Source: Eledone cirrhosa (lineage: Eukaryota). Taken from it: DNA of 64,000 nt. The stretch's first letter is position 1, and each line of letters starts with the position of its first letter. Position numbers and translations under genes: made by a program. The notes beneath the pieces were generated by a model, which saw nothing but the letters and a program-made list of their open reading frames with translations, did no database searches and was not told the DNA's origin. The stretch spans positions 339,078,001-339,142,000 of the forward strand of contig OZ024742.1 of the NCBI GenBank assembly GCA_964016885.1, in the 5' to 3' direction. Below, piece after piece: positions 37,580-51,229 of this stretch.

Positions 37580-38577
37580 CCCCACACATACATACACACA
37601 CACACACATATATATATACATACACACATACAAACATACACACACACACACATATATATACACACATACACACACATATATATACACACACACACACACA
37701 CACGCATATATATATATACACATACGCATACATCCAGATACCCACATACATACACACACACAAACACACGCACACACAATACATACATCCACATGCACAC
37801 ACATACACACACACACACATATACACATACATACACCCACACACAGAGAAATGGCCTTCAAATATATATATATATATATACATACAGACACATATATTTT
37901 TTCCATAATATAAGAAGTTGGGGCAGTGAAATTAAAATATAAGTCATTCTGATCACATTGAGTTCTTCATGTAGATTGTCATAAAATATAAACACACATA
38001 CGCACGGAATCACTACTATTAAAGACCAGAGACCAATTCTGTAGAATCAGGTTTATTCATTGACAGACCATGCCTTTGTGTGACCAACACATCCATGTTA
38101 AACCCTGCACGTGCACACACATATATCTATATATATATGCGCACACAGAATTCACCACTGTCGGTTGCGGGGCCCAATCTACATGAAGAACTCAATGTGA
38201 TCAGAATGACTTATATTTTAATTTCACTGCCCCAACTTCTTATATTATGGAAAAAATATATGTGTCTGTATGTATATATATATATATATATTTGAAGGCC
38301 ATTTCTCTGTGTGTGGGTGTATGTATGTGTATATGTGTGTGTGTGTGTATGTGTGTGCATGTGGATGTATGTATTGTGTGTGCGTGTATGTGTGTGTGTG
38401 TATGTATGTGGGTATCTGGATGTATGCGTATGCGTATATATATATATATATATGCGTGTGTGTGTGTGTGTGTGTATATATATGTGTGTGTATGTGTGTA
38501 TATATATGTGTGTGTGTGTGTATGTTTGTATGTGTGTATGTATATATATATGTGTGTGTGTGTATGCATGTGTGGGG

Positions 38578-38615
<38 letters not shown>

Positions 38616-38618
38616 GTG

Positions 38619-38651
<33 letters not shown>

Positions 38652-38690
38652 ATGTATGTGTGTATCTGGATGTATGTGTATGTATATATA

Positions 38691-38739
<49 letters not shown>

Positions 38740-39194
38740 ATGTGTATATATGTGTGTGTGTGTATGTGTGTATGTATATGTATGTGTGTGTGTATGTATG
38801 TGTGTATATGTATATATATATATATATGTATATGTATATGTATATGTATGTATGTGTGGATGAAGGTATGTGTGTATATATAGGTGTAAGTGCACTAAAT
38901 CCCTTTCTATCACGCTCCACTCTCCTACCCACCACAGGAAGATATGTGTATGTATATTGCTTCCACACCCTCACTGACCAGCAGCTGGCCAGTTGGTGAT
39001 TGCTAAATCTGACCTTTATAAAATAACCCACACCCCAAATAACTTCTCATTCACTACCAGAAAGGGACACAGCAGTCAACCTGTTGTTGCTACCTAGATG
39101 AAAACTGCTATGAAATCCCACAATGAATTTTATACTTGAATTTTCAAGTCTCAAATTTTAACTCTTCGTATTATTAATTTTTCTTAATATTAAT

Positions 39195-39244
39195 CAACAT
39201 TTGAAAAGATGGCTTTTGCAGACCCATCGAAACCGGTCATTTTT
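39195..39244 (+). ncRNA. Hammerhead, TTGAAAA (U3-A8) core (right arm)
   Basis: CAACAT-TTGAAAA-GATGGcttttgcagacCCATC-GAAA-CCGG-TC^ATTTTT; weak stem I. Confidence 0.7.
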
Positions 39245-39379
39245 TATGCCCTTTATTATTTCCTTACCTTATAAAATTATGTTTTTTCACAAAAAAGTAT
39301 TCTGTCTCTTATATATTCCATGTGCCATTACCAACCTCAATTTTCTCTATAACCTTCGTTTTGTGTAGAAAATTACACT

Positions 39380-39484
<105 letters not shown>

Positions 39485-39706
39485 CATATATATATATACA
39501 TATATATATATACATATATATACATATATATATACATATATACATACATATATACATTAGCTCAAATGTTGAAGTCAACTTTGTGGTATATATATTATAT
39601 TATGAATACTGTTGGCTTCTTGCTACAATACTTTCTATACCTTTCATTTTTATATATATATATATATAAGCAAAAGGGATATAAATATTTATAAAACAAA
39701 CTTTGT

Positions 39707-39765
39707 ATTTTATCTGATGAGTACGTACCAAAGTTTTGGTACCCTTGAAATATATATAATAGAAT
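39707..39765 (+). ncRNA. Type I hammerhead ribozyme
   Basis: ATTTTAT-CTGATGA-gtacGTACCA..TGGTACcctt-GAAA-TATATA-TA^ATAGAAT. Confidence 0.72.
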
Positions 39766-40145
39766 AAATATGGTTTTATAAATATAGTTTCCATTTATTG
39801 ATATCATTGATATATATATATATATATGTATATATAATATACTACATTTAAACAAATGTTTTAACGTTGTTAGTTTATCTTTAATGAAAACGTCTGAAAC
39901 CTCTAAAGGTAGCAATCGTGTTTAACGGTAATAACTTGCTTGTTTTAATAGACTATCATAGACATTAAATGATCAATCATATTCGATAAAAAATAATACT
40001 CAGGCGCCATTTTACATTATAAATAATAGTTGATAAGTGCCGAATAAAGATTTATTGATGCCTGGAACTTTAAACCAAACCTATTATATAAGATAAACTA
40101 TGCGGCATAAAGAAAAAAACGTATATTTGTCAATAATAATTACTA

Positions 40146-43100
40146 TTTGGCAGAATCGATAGAGCGTCGGATAAAATGCTTTGTGGTATATGTTACCGCT
40201 CTTTACATTCTCAGCTCAAATGTTGTTGATGTCAACTTTGTGGTATATGTTACCGCTCTTTACATTCTCAGCTCAAATCTCGTTGATGTCAACTTTGTGG
40301 TATATGTTACCGCTCTTTACATTCTTAGCTCAAATGTTGTTGATGTCAACTTTGTTGTATATGTTACCGCTCTTTACATTCTCAGCTCAAATGTTGTTGA
40401 TGTCAACTTTGTTGTATATGTTACCGCTCTTTACATTCTCAGCTCAAATGTTGTTGAAGTCAACTTTGTGGTATATGTTACCGCTCTTTACATTCTCAGC
40501 TCAAATGTTGTTGATGTCAACTTTGTGGTATATGTTACCGTCTTTACATCCTTAGCTCAAAACTTGTTGAAGTCAACTTTGTGGTATATGTTACCGCTCT
40601 TTACATTCTCAGCTCAAATGTTGTTGATGTCAACTTTGTGGTATATGTTACCGTCTTTACATCCTTAGCTCAAATCTTGTTGAAGTCAACTTTGTGGTAT
40701 ATGTTACCGCTCTTTACATTCTCAGCTCAAATGTTGTTGATGTCAACTTTGTGGTATATGTTACCGTCTTTACATCCTTAGCTCAAATCTTGTTGAAGTC
40801 AACTTTGTGGTATATGTTACCGCTCTTTACATTCTCAGCTCAAATGTTGTTGATGTCAACTTTGTGGTATGTGTTACCGCTCTTTACATTCTTAGCTCAA
40901 ATCTTGTTGATGTTAACTTTGTGGTATATGTTACCGCTCTTTACATTCTTATCTCAAATCTTGTTGATGTTAACTTTGTGGTATATGTTACCGCTCTTTA
41001 CATTCTTATCTCAAATCTTGTTGATGTTAACTTTGTGGTATATGTTACCGCTCTTTACATTGTCAGCTCAAATGTTGTTGATGTTAACTTTGTGGTATAT
41101 GTTACCGCTCTTTACATTCTTATCTCAAATCTTGTTGATGTTAACTTTGTGGTATATGTTACCGCTCTTTACATTCTCAGCTGAAATGTTGTTGATGTTA
41201 ACTTTGTGGTATATGTTACCGCTCTTTACATTATTAGCTCAAATCTTGTTGATGTTAACTTTGTGGTATATGTTACCGCTCTTTACATTCTTATCTCAAA
41301 TCTTGTTGATGTTAACTTTGTGGTATATGTTACCGCTCTTTACATTGTCAGCTCAAATGTTGTTGATGTTAACTTTGTGGTATATGTTACCGCTCTTTAC
41401 ATTCTTATCTCAAATCTTGTTGAAGTTAACTTTGTGGTATATGTTACCGCTCTTTACATTCTTATCTCAAATCATGTTGATGTCAACTTTGTGGTATATG
41501 TTACCGCTCTTTACATTCTCAGCTCAAATGTTGTTGATGTTAACTTTGTGGTATATGTTACCGCTATTTACATTCTTAGCTCAAATCATGTTGATGTCAA
41601 CTTTGTGGTATATGTTACCGCTCTTTACATTCTCAGCTCAAATCTTGTTGATGTCAAATTTGTGGTATATGTTACCGCTCTTTACATTCTCAGCTCAAAT
41701 CATGTTGATGTCAAATTTGTGGTATATGTTACCGCTCTTTACATTCTCAGCTCAAATCTTGTTGATGTCAACTTTGTGGTATATGTTACCGCTCTTTACA
41801 TTCTCAGCTCAAATCTTGTTGATGTCAACTTTGTGGTATATGTTACCGCTCTTTACATTCTTAGCTCAAATCTTGTTGATGTCAACTTTGTGGTATATGT
41901 TACCGCTCTTTACATTCTCAGCTCAAATCTTGTTGATGTCAAATTTGTGGTATATGTTACCGCTCTTTACATTCTCAGCTCAAATCTTGTTGAAGTCAAC
42001 TTTGTGGTATATGTTACCGCTCTTTACATTCTCAGCTCAAATGTTGTTGATGTTAACTTTGTGGTATATGTTACCGCTCTTTACATTCTCAGCTCAAATG
42101 TTGTTGAAGTCAACTTTGTGGTATATGTTACCGCTCTTTACATTCTTAGCTCAAATCTTGTTGATGTCAACTTTGTGGTATATGTTACCGCTCTTTACAT
42201 TCTCAGCTCAAATCTTGTTGATGTTAACTCTGTGGTATATGTTACCTCTCTTTACATTCTCAGCTCAAATGTTGTTGATGTCAACTTTGTGGTATATGTT
42301 ACCGCTCTTTACATTCTCAGCTGAAATCTCGTTGATGTCAACTTTGTGGTATATGTTACCGCTCTTTACATTCTCAGCTCAAATCATGTTGATGTCAACT
42401 TTGTGGTATATGTTACCGCTCTTTACATTCTCAGCTCAAATCTTGTTGATGTTAACTTTGTTGTATATGTTACCGCTCTTTACATTCTCAGCTCAAATCT
42501 TGTTGATGTTAACTTTGTTGTATATGCTACCGCTCTTTACATTCTTAGCTCGAATGTTGTTGATGTCAAATTTGTGGTATATGTTACCGCTCTTTACATT
42601 CTCAGCTCAAATCATGTTGATGTCAACTTTGTGGTATATGTTACCGCGCTTTACATTCTCAGCTCAAATGTTGTTGAAGTCAACTTTGTCGTATATGTTA
42701 CCGCTCTTTACATTCTTAGCTCAAATCTTGTTGAAGTCAACTTTGTGGTATATGTTACCGCTCTTTACATTCTTAGCTCAAATCTTGTTGATGTCAACTT
42801 TGTGGTATATGTTACCGCTCTTTACATTCTCAGCTCAAATGTTGTTGAAGTCAACTTTGTCGTATATGTTACCGCTCTTTACATTCTCAGCTCAAATCTT
42901 GTTGATGTCAACTTTGTGGTATATGTTACCGCTCTTTACATTCTCAGCTCAAATGTTGTTGATGTTAACTTTGTGGTATATGTTACCGCTCTTTACATTC
43001 TCAGCTCAAATGTTGTTGATGTTAACTTTGTGGTATATGTTACCGCTCTTTACATTCTCAGCTCAAATGTTGTTGATGTCAACTTTGTGGTATATGTTAC

Positions 43101-43428
43101 CGCTCTTTACATTCTTAGCTCAAATCTTGTTGATGTCAACTTTGTGGTATATGTTACCGCTCTTTACATTCTCAGCTCAAATCTTGTTGATGTTAACTCT
43201 GTGGTATATGTTACCGCTCTTTACATTCTCAGCTCAAATGTTGTTGATGTCAACTTTGTGGTATATGTTTCCGCTCTTTACATTCTTAGCTCAAATCTTG
43301 TTGATGTCAACTTTGTGGTATATGTTACCGCTTTTTACATTCTCAGCTCAAATCTCGTTGATGTCAACTTTGTGGTATATGTTACCGCTCTTAACATTCT
43401 CAGCTCAAATCTCGTGGAAGTCAATTTT
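40146..43428 (+). repeat. 57-bp minisatellite (about 57 copies) expanded from inside a SINE
   Basis: SINE head TTGGCAGAATCGATAGAGCGTCGGA precedes unit CTTTGTGGTATATGTTACCGCTCTTTACATTCTCAGCTCAAATSTTGTTGATGTCAA. Confidence 0.95.
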
Positions 43429-43435
43429 GAGGAGG

Positions 43436-43608
43436 AGAAAGTCGATTAAATCGAACCCAGTTCGTTGCTTGAACTTTATTTCACCGACCCCGTAAGGATG
43501 AAAGGCAAAGGCAAATTCAGCGGGATTTGAACACAGAACGTAAAGATCCGTAACTCTATACCGTGAAGCAGGGTGGCGACGCTCTCTCGATTCTGCCAAT
43601 CCACCGCT
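43436..43608 (-). mobile_element. SINE family 1
   Basis: Reverse complement of GCGGTGGATTGGCAGAATCG...GTTCAAATCCCG...GCCTTTCATCCTTACGGGGTCGG. Confidence 0.85.
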
Positions 43609-43924
43609 CTTCTTATTAATAAGTGTATTGTTTTTTTCCAGGGACTATGTTGAAAAATAAACCTCATTTGGTAATTCCATGAGAGTATCTTGGTCAGCCT
43701 ATGAACTTTTCAACTGACCCTCTACATACACTTATACTATGTCCTCCTCTCTCCATCTCTCTTCCAATCTCTGTCAAATCATCATCACCATCACCATCAT
43801 CATCATAATCACCATCACCATCACCATCACCATCACCATCACCATCATCAGTGACATCAAATGTCGGTCATAACCTCCGGCAGTTCTAAGTACGTTCATG
43901 TTTCTTCAAATAAAACACCGGAGA

Positions 43925-46053
43925 AAACAACAGCAACAACAACAACAGCAATGACAACAGCAACAGCAACAACAGCAATGACAACAGCAATAGCAATGGC
44001 AACAACAACAACAACAACAGCAATGACAACAGCAATAGCAATGACAACAACAACAACAACAACAACAACAGCAATGACAACAGCAATAGCAATGACAACA
44101 ACAACAACAACAGCAATGACAACAACAACAACAACAACAGCAGCAATGACAACAGCAATAGCAATGACAACAACAACAACAACAACAGCAATGACAACAG
44201 CAATAGCAATGACAACATCAACAACAACAACAGCAATGACAACAACAACAACAACAACAGCAATGACAACAGCAATAGCAATGACAACAACAACAACAAC
44301 AGCAATGACAACAGCAATAGCAATGACAACAACAACAACAACAACAACAACAGCAATGACAACAGCAATAGCAATGACAACAACAACAACAACAACAACA
44401 GCAATGACAACAGCAACAACAACAACAGCAATGACAACAGCAATAGCAATGACAACAACAACAACAACAGCAATGACAACAGCAACAACAACAACAGCAA
44501 TGACAACAGCAATAGCAATGACAACAACAACAACAACAACAACAGCAATGACAACAGCAACAACAACAACAGCAATGACAACAGCAATAGCAATGACAAC
44601 AACAACAACAACAACAACAACAACAGCAATGACAACAGCAATAGCAATGACAACAACAACAACAACAACAGCAATGACAACAGCAACAACAACAACAGCA
44701 ATGACAACAGCAACAGCAATGACAACAACAACAACAACAACAACAACAACAGCAATGACAACAGCAATAGCAATGACAACAACAGCAACAACAGCAATGA
44801 CAACAGCAATAGCAATGACAACAACAACAACAACAACAACAACAGCAATGACAACAGCAATAGCAATGACAACAACAACAACAACAACAACAGCAATGAC
44901 AACAGCAACAACAACAACAGCAATGACAACAGCAATAGCAATGACAACAACAACAACAACAGCAATGACAACAGCAACAACAACAACAGCAATGACAACA
45001 GCAATAGCAATGACAACAACAACAACAACAACAGCAATGACAACAGCAACAACAACAACAGCAATGACAACAGCAATAGCAATGACAACAACAACAACAA
45101 CAACAGCAATGACAACAGCAACAACAACAACAACAGCAATGACAACAGCAATAGCAATGACAACAACAACAACAACAACAACAACAACAGCAATGACAAC
45201 AGCAACAACAACAACAGCAATGACAACAGCAATAGCAATGACAACAACAACAACAGCAATGACAACAGCAATAGCAATGACAACAACAACAACAACAACA
45301 GCAATGACAACAGCAACAACAACAACAGCAATGACAACAGCAATAGCAATGACAACAACAACAACAACAACAACAACAGCAATGACAACAGCAACAACAA
45401 CAACAACATCAATGACAACAGCAATAGCAATGACAACAACAACAACAACAGCAATGACAACAGCAATAGCAATGACAACAACAACAACAACAACAACAGC
45501 AATGACAACAGCAACAACAACAACAGCAATGACAACAGCAATAGCAATGACAACAACAACAACAATAGCAATGACAACAGCAATAGCAATGACAACAACA
45601 ACAACAACAACAACAACAGCAATGACAACAGCAACAACAACAACAGCAATGACAACAGCAACAACAACAACAACATCAATGACAACAGCAATAGCAATGA
45701 CAACAACAACAACAACAGCAATGACAACAGCAATAGCAATGACAACAACAACAACAACAACAGCAATGACAACAACAACAACACCAACAACAACAACAAC
45801 AACAACAGCAATGACAACAGCAACAACAACAACAGCAATGACAACAGCAATAGCAATGACAACAACAACAACAACAATAGCAATGACAACAGCAATAGCA
45901 ATGACAACAACAACAACAACAACAACAACAGCAATGACAACAGCAACAACAACAACAGCAATGACAACAGCAACAACAACAACAGCAATGACAACAGCAA
46001 CAGCAACGACAACAACAACAACAACAATAGCAATGACAACAGCAATAGCAATG

Positions 46054-46086
<33 letters not shown>

Positions 46087-46200
46087 ACAACAGCAACAAC
46101 AACAGCAATGACAACAGCAACAGCAATGACAACAACAACAACAACAACAGCAATGACAACAGCAACAACAACAACAGCAATGACAACAGCAACATCAATG

Positions 46201-46233
<33 letters not shown>

Positions 46234-46978
46234 ACAACAGCAACAACAACAACAACAGCAATGACAACAACAACAACAACAGCAATGACAACAGCAACAA
46301 CAACAACAACAGCAATGACAACAGCAACAACAACAACAACAGCAATGACAACAACAACAACAACAGCAATGACAACAACAACAACAACAACAGCAATGAC
46401 AACAGCAACAACAACAACAGCAATGACAACAGCAATAGCAATGACAACAACAACAGCAATGACAACAGCAACAGCAACGACAACAACAACAACAACAATA
46501 GCAATGACAACAACAACAACAACAGCAATGACAACAGCAACAGCAATGACAACAACAACAACACTAGCAACATCAACAACAACATCAACAACAATAACTA
46601 CATCATCATGATCAGCGGCAAGAACATCAGTGAAAATAACATCACACCGCCACAACCTTAACAATAATAGCAACAACAGTAATAATAATGAGACTACACC
46701 ACCACCACCACTACCACTGCCACCGCCACGAACACCACCACCGCCACCACATACCGCCGCCACCACCACCACTACCATCACCACCACCATCGCCGCCGAC
46801 GCCGCCGCCACCGCCACCACCACTACTACCACCACCACCACCACTACCACTACCGCCACCACCACCACTGTCACGACCACTACCGCCACCACCACCACCA
46901 CTGCCGCCACTACCACCACAACCACCACCACCACCACCAGAGACACCACCACCACCAGGGACACCACCACCACCAGAT
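43925..46978. repeat. Compound trinucleotide satellite (ACA/GCA/ATG/ATA), then (ACC)n
   Basis: Direct reading; recurring GCAATGACAACAGCAATAGCAATG(ACA)n. Confidence 0.95.
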
Positions 46979-47021
46979 AGAGATAGATAGATAGAGATAG
47001 AGAGAAAGAGAAAGAGAAAGA

Positions 47022-47060
<39 letters not shown>

Positions 47061-47124
47061 AGAGAGAGAGGGAGAGAGGGAGAGAGGGAGTGAGAGAGAC
47101 AGAGAGAGAGAGTAACTAAGTGCA

Positions 47125-47138
47125 GTTGCCATGGTAAC
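47125..47138. promoter_or_regulatory. RFX X-box-like motif
   Basis: GTTGCCATGGTAAC fits GTNRCC-N(0-3)-RGYAAC, in a short non-repetitive island between (GA)n tracts. Confidence 0.35.
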
Positions 47139-47625
47139 AGGATTTCATATTTAGTTGGAATCTCTGTCAGTCAGCAACGCTGCTATCAAGAATATTATTG
47201 TGGCAATATGGAGAGGGAATGAAGTTTTATTTCAATGTGTGGCTTCATATAGATAGATAGAGAGAGAGGGAGGGAGAGAGAGAGAGGGAGCGAGAGAGAG
47301 GGAGAGGGAGAGAGGGAGAGACATGATTTCTCCCGAATGAAACAGTTATAGTCCTGTAGAAGCCTTTTCTATATTAAATATTAAATATTTATACCTTACT
47401 TAATGTGGTTACCCCCGATTAAACTCGGGATAAACTTATCTTATATATATATATATATATAAATACATAAACGGATAAAGCTTTTTAGCGATACTCCGGC
47501 CAAATTCCAACTCACTCAACAAACATTAGGAAATACCTGAGTATATTCCCAATTAAACGTTTGGGGTGCTAACTATATTGTATTGTGTGGAGAATTGGCT
47601 GTATTATTTCATATGAGATATATCA

Positions 47626-47733
<108 letters not shown>

Positions 47734-47750
47734 ATAGGTATAGATATATA

Positions 47751-47912
47751 TTTATTAAAATAACAGATTAAAGTTTAAGCAAATAATCGCTGCTTTCACC
47801 CTTAGCGGGATCTTCTGAAATATATATTTGATATATATAAATATATATTTGATATATATTTATCCTTATCGAGCCTTCTTTGGATTTTAGTCTTCAAATT
47901 TATTATTATTAC
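47751..47912. mobile_element. Rearranged fragment of the CAGAAGA-HHR family
   Basis: HHR on minus at 47772-47820, followed by the element's 3' tail on plus (reverse complement of 7970-8040). Confidence 0.75.
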
Positions 47913-48069
47913 TATATATATATATGTAAAAGTTCTATTTAAATTGTTGGGATGCAACAGCAAATATTTTTATAACTGATATAAAGCACTCAACAAATAA
48001 TTGGAGTAAAATTACGATATTAACAAATGGAAACTATATTTATAAAACTATATTTATAAAACCATATTT

Positions 48070-48132
48070 ATTTCATTATACATATTTCAAGGACACCAAG
48101 TTAAATTATGGTGTCCTTTCATCAGATAAAAT
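48070..48132 (-). ncRNA. Type I hammerhead ribozyme; its 3' half is duplicated in inverted orientation at 48380-48440
   Basis: Reverse complement: ATTTTAT-CTGATGA-AAGGACACCA..TGGTGTCCTT-GAAA-TATGTA-TA^ATGAAAT; perfect 10-bp stem II. Confidence 0.85.
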
Positions 48133-48434
48133 ATAATATAGAGCAGTTTTATAAATGAATATTGACATACCCTTAAAGAATGCAACCATTACTGTTGTAA
48201 GCTCCCGGATAGTGGGGTTATAACTTTATTTATAATATTATGTAAATTTGTATTGGATATTTTTAAATAAGCCGTTGGGTTACGGAGAAAGAGAGAGAGA
48301 GAGAGAGAGAGAAAAAGAGAGAGAAAAAAGAGAGAGAAAGAGAGAGAAGAGAAAGCGAAAGCTCTAAGTGATAGGTTGTGGTGTCCTTGAAATATGTATA
48401 ATGAAATAAATATGGTTTTATAAATATAGTTTCC

Positions 48435-48492
<58 letters not shown>

Positions 48493-48786
48493 TTATTAAT
48501 TAAATAACAACTCTGAAAATATTTCTTGCAGAGTGCTTCCAATCTATTGTAAAACTCATTATTTGATGTACTCATTGAATCTTGTTTAACTCTTAAATAT
48601 ATATAAATATATATAAATATATATGCAGAGGTAGATAAACAGATAGATAGGTAGGTAAGTAGGTACAGAGGGGCGTAAACACATGGACAGACAGACGGAT
48701 TTGCATTAATATACTCTTTTACTCTTTTACCTGTTCCAGCCATCCAGCTGAGGCCATGCTGGGGCACCGCCCTTGATATATATATA

Positions 48787-49193
48787 TACAAATGAATATA
48801 TGAGAGGGATGAACACTGATGCAAGTATACAAGTTAGCTAGGTTGAAAAATACTAATTTAAAATAATATGGTTTGCCTGTCTCGATTTAAAATAATAAAT
48901 CAATAAAAATAACAAACCTATATTGGCAATGGCCGTGATGCCCGGACAGATTCTAAATCTGTTTCGCAACAATTATTAAGTGAAAGTCACTATTTCTGTG
49001 CTCTTCTACAGGTATCCAGAAATTGGTACATTTCACTTCAAAATACTTAAGAAGACTGAGAGATATGTGTTGTTGAACGCACATGTGTCACAGCGGCTAA
49101 ACCCGTCCCATACTCGTGCCGCTTAAAAATAGCAGCAATTCGAACACATGTATACTTGTATCAGTGTTCATCCTTCTCATATATTCATTTGTA
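48787..49193. repeat. About 45-bp inverted repeat (48787-48831 / 49149-49193) in an insertion flanked by (TA)n
   Basis: TACAAATGAATATATGAGAGGGATGAACACTGATGCAAGTATACA and its reverse complement. Confidence 0.7.
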
Positions 49194-49288
49194 TTACACG
49201 GCTCGGAAATATTCCCTTCTTTCAGCTATTTAACTGTAAAAGACTATTTCGAGTTTATAACTCAATATATAATATATAATATATATAG

Positions 49289-49335
<47 letters not shown>

Positions 49336-49389
49336 TGTAAGTAGGTAGAGAGGTAGATACATAAATAAATATACAGGCAGGCTGGTTGA

Positions 49390-50430
49390 CGCATACATAC
49401 ATACATGCATACATGCATACATGCATACATGCATACATACATACATACACACATACATACATACATGCATACATACATACATACATATATACATGCATAC
49501 ATATATACATACATATATACATACATACATATATACATACATACACACATACATACATACATATATACATGCATACATACATACATATATACATACATAC
49601 ATACATACATGCATACATACATGCATACATACATACATACATGCATACATGCATACATGCATACATACATACAAACATGCATACATACATACATACATGC
49701 ATACATACATGCATGCATACATACATACATTCATACATACATACATGCATACATACATGCATACATGCATACATACATACATGCATGCATACATACATAC
49801 ATTCATACATACATACATACATACATGCATACATGCATACATGCATACATAAATACATGCATACATGCATACATACATGCATACATACATACATACATAT
49901 ATGCATACATACATACATGCATACATACACACATGCATACATACATCCATACATACATGCATACATACATGCATACATACATACATGCATACATACATGC
50001 ATACATACAAACATGCATGCATATATTCATACATATATGCATACATACATGCATACATACATACATGCATACTTACATACAAGCATACATACACATATAT
50101 GCATACATACATACATATATGCATATATACATACATATATGCATACATAAATACATATATGCATATATACATAGATATATGCATACATATTTACATGCAT
50201 ACATACTTATATGCATACATTCATACATATGTACATACATAGTTATATGCATGCATACATGCATGCATGCATATATGCATACATGCATAAATACATAAAT
50301 ACATACATATATGCATGCATACATACATTCACACATACATGCATATGTACATAGATAGATACATATATATTTACATACATACATATATATACATATATAT
50401 ATGTATGTACATAGTTACATATACATATAT
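49390..50430. repeat. (CATA/CATG)n tetranucleotide satellite
   Basis: Direct reading. Confidence 0.95.
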
Positions 50431-50435
50431 TTTTG

Positions 50436-51040
50436 TCAGGTCACCAGTTGGTGCTACTGGTAACATGTATCCCAGTACAACCTGTCTCATGGTCGGGTCG
50501 TTGTCGACTAAACTGGCAACCCCACCAAGGTTTCTTGGTGAGGAGGGTGACTTTGGACATCCTGCAGGACTAAAAACAAAACCTGTCAAAGGGCAAAGGA
50601 GCTCTTAAGAGTCAATGGCCATCCAAAATCACCGGGAGAGATGACCCCTTAGCCTTTGTCAAGGCAGAATTCTAGGAGAAGGAAAACTCTGATAGAACAC
50701 CTGCAACCCTGATGGTATCCAATGATGTTGACGTGTTCTTCTTTTTGGTAAATATCATCTTGGTTAAGAGAGTGGGACTGGCTTTGTGCAGTGCCTTTGC
50801 TCACTATAAAAGCTTCACAGCACAGGCATTGCTTTGTATCTGAAGATCTCTCTGCACTTGTCGTCACATGGTACCATGGGCCCAGCACTATCTGTCAATA
50901 ATTGTTACAAGTGTAGTGTTTGTACCAGAATTTTCAAGTCGCAGGCTGGACTAAAAAGTCACTCGTTCAGCGCATCGGTAGGGGTTCTCCTACATGGATA
51001 TAAAGTAGTGGCCGTACTCGAAAACGAGTTGGCAGCCACC

Positions 51041-51043
<3 letters not shown>
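50436..51043 (+). mobile_element. Probable non-autonomous RTE derivative (5' UTR-like part plus 3' end)
   Basis: YKCSVCTRIFKSQAGLKSH resembles the RTE C-terminal zinc finger; GGAGAAGGAAAACTC recalls RTE 5' UTRs; no RT in between. Confidence 0.5.
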
Positions 51044-51096
<53 letters not shown>

Positions 51097-51121
51097 TAAC
51101 ATACATATATATGTACATAAA

Positions 51122-51178
51122 GATATATTTCTTTATTAGCCACAGGGGCACAAAAGAAGGGGACAAATACAAAGGGGG
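51122..51178 (-). mobile_element. Isolated Tx1-like LINE/SINE 3' tail
   Basis: Reverse complement TTTGTATTTGTCCCC..GCCCCTGTGGCTAATAAAGAAAT resembles the 3' ends of LINEs A and B. Confidence 0.6.
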
Positions 51179-51229
51179 AAGTTTACATACAATAAAGATA
51201 GTTTGTCTATTGTAACACGCAGACGTTTT

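Noticed and set aside
39855-39915. GAAA-CCTctaaAGG-TA possible HHR 3' half (similar case near 47338)
   Set aside because: No intact 5' core or stem I; cannot be supported
40694-43495. 933-aa and 370-aa hydrophobic repeat ORFs
   Set aside because: By-product of a 57-bp (19-codon) SINE-derived unit that is open in two frames
43861-47132. 916-aa Thr-rich mucin-like ORF and antisense 902/1078-aa ORFs
   Set aside because: Trinucleotide satellite open in several frames on both strands, essentially one codon per amino acid, no signal peptide or domain
49190-49228. Minus-strand CTGAAGA-GGAA/TTCC-GAGC hammerhead-like motif
   Set aside because: GAAA absent and stem I does not pair
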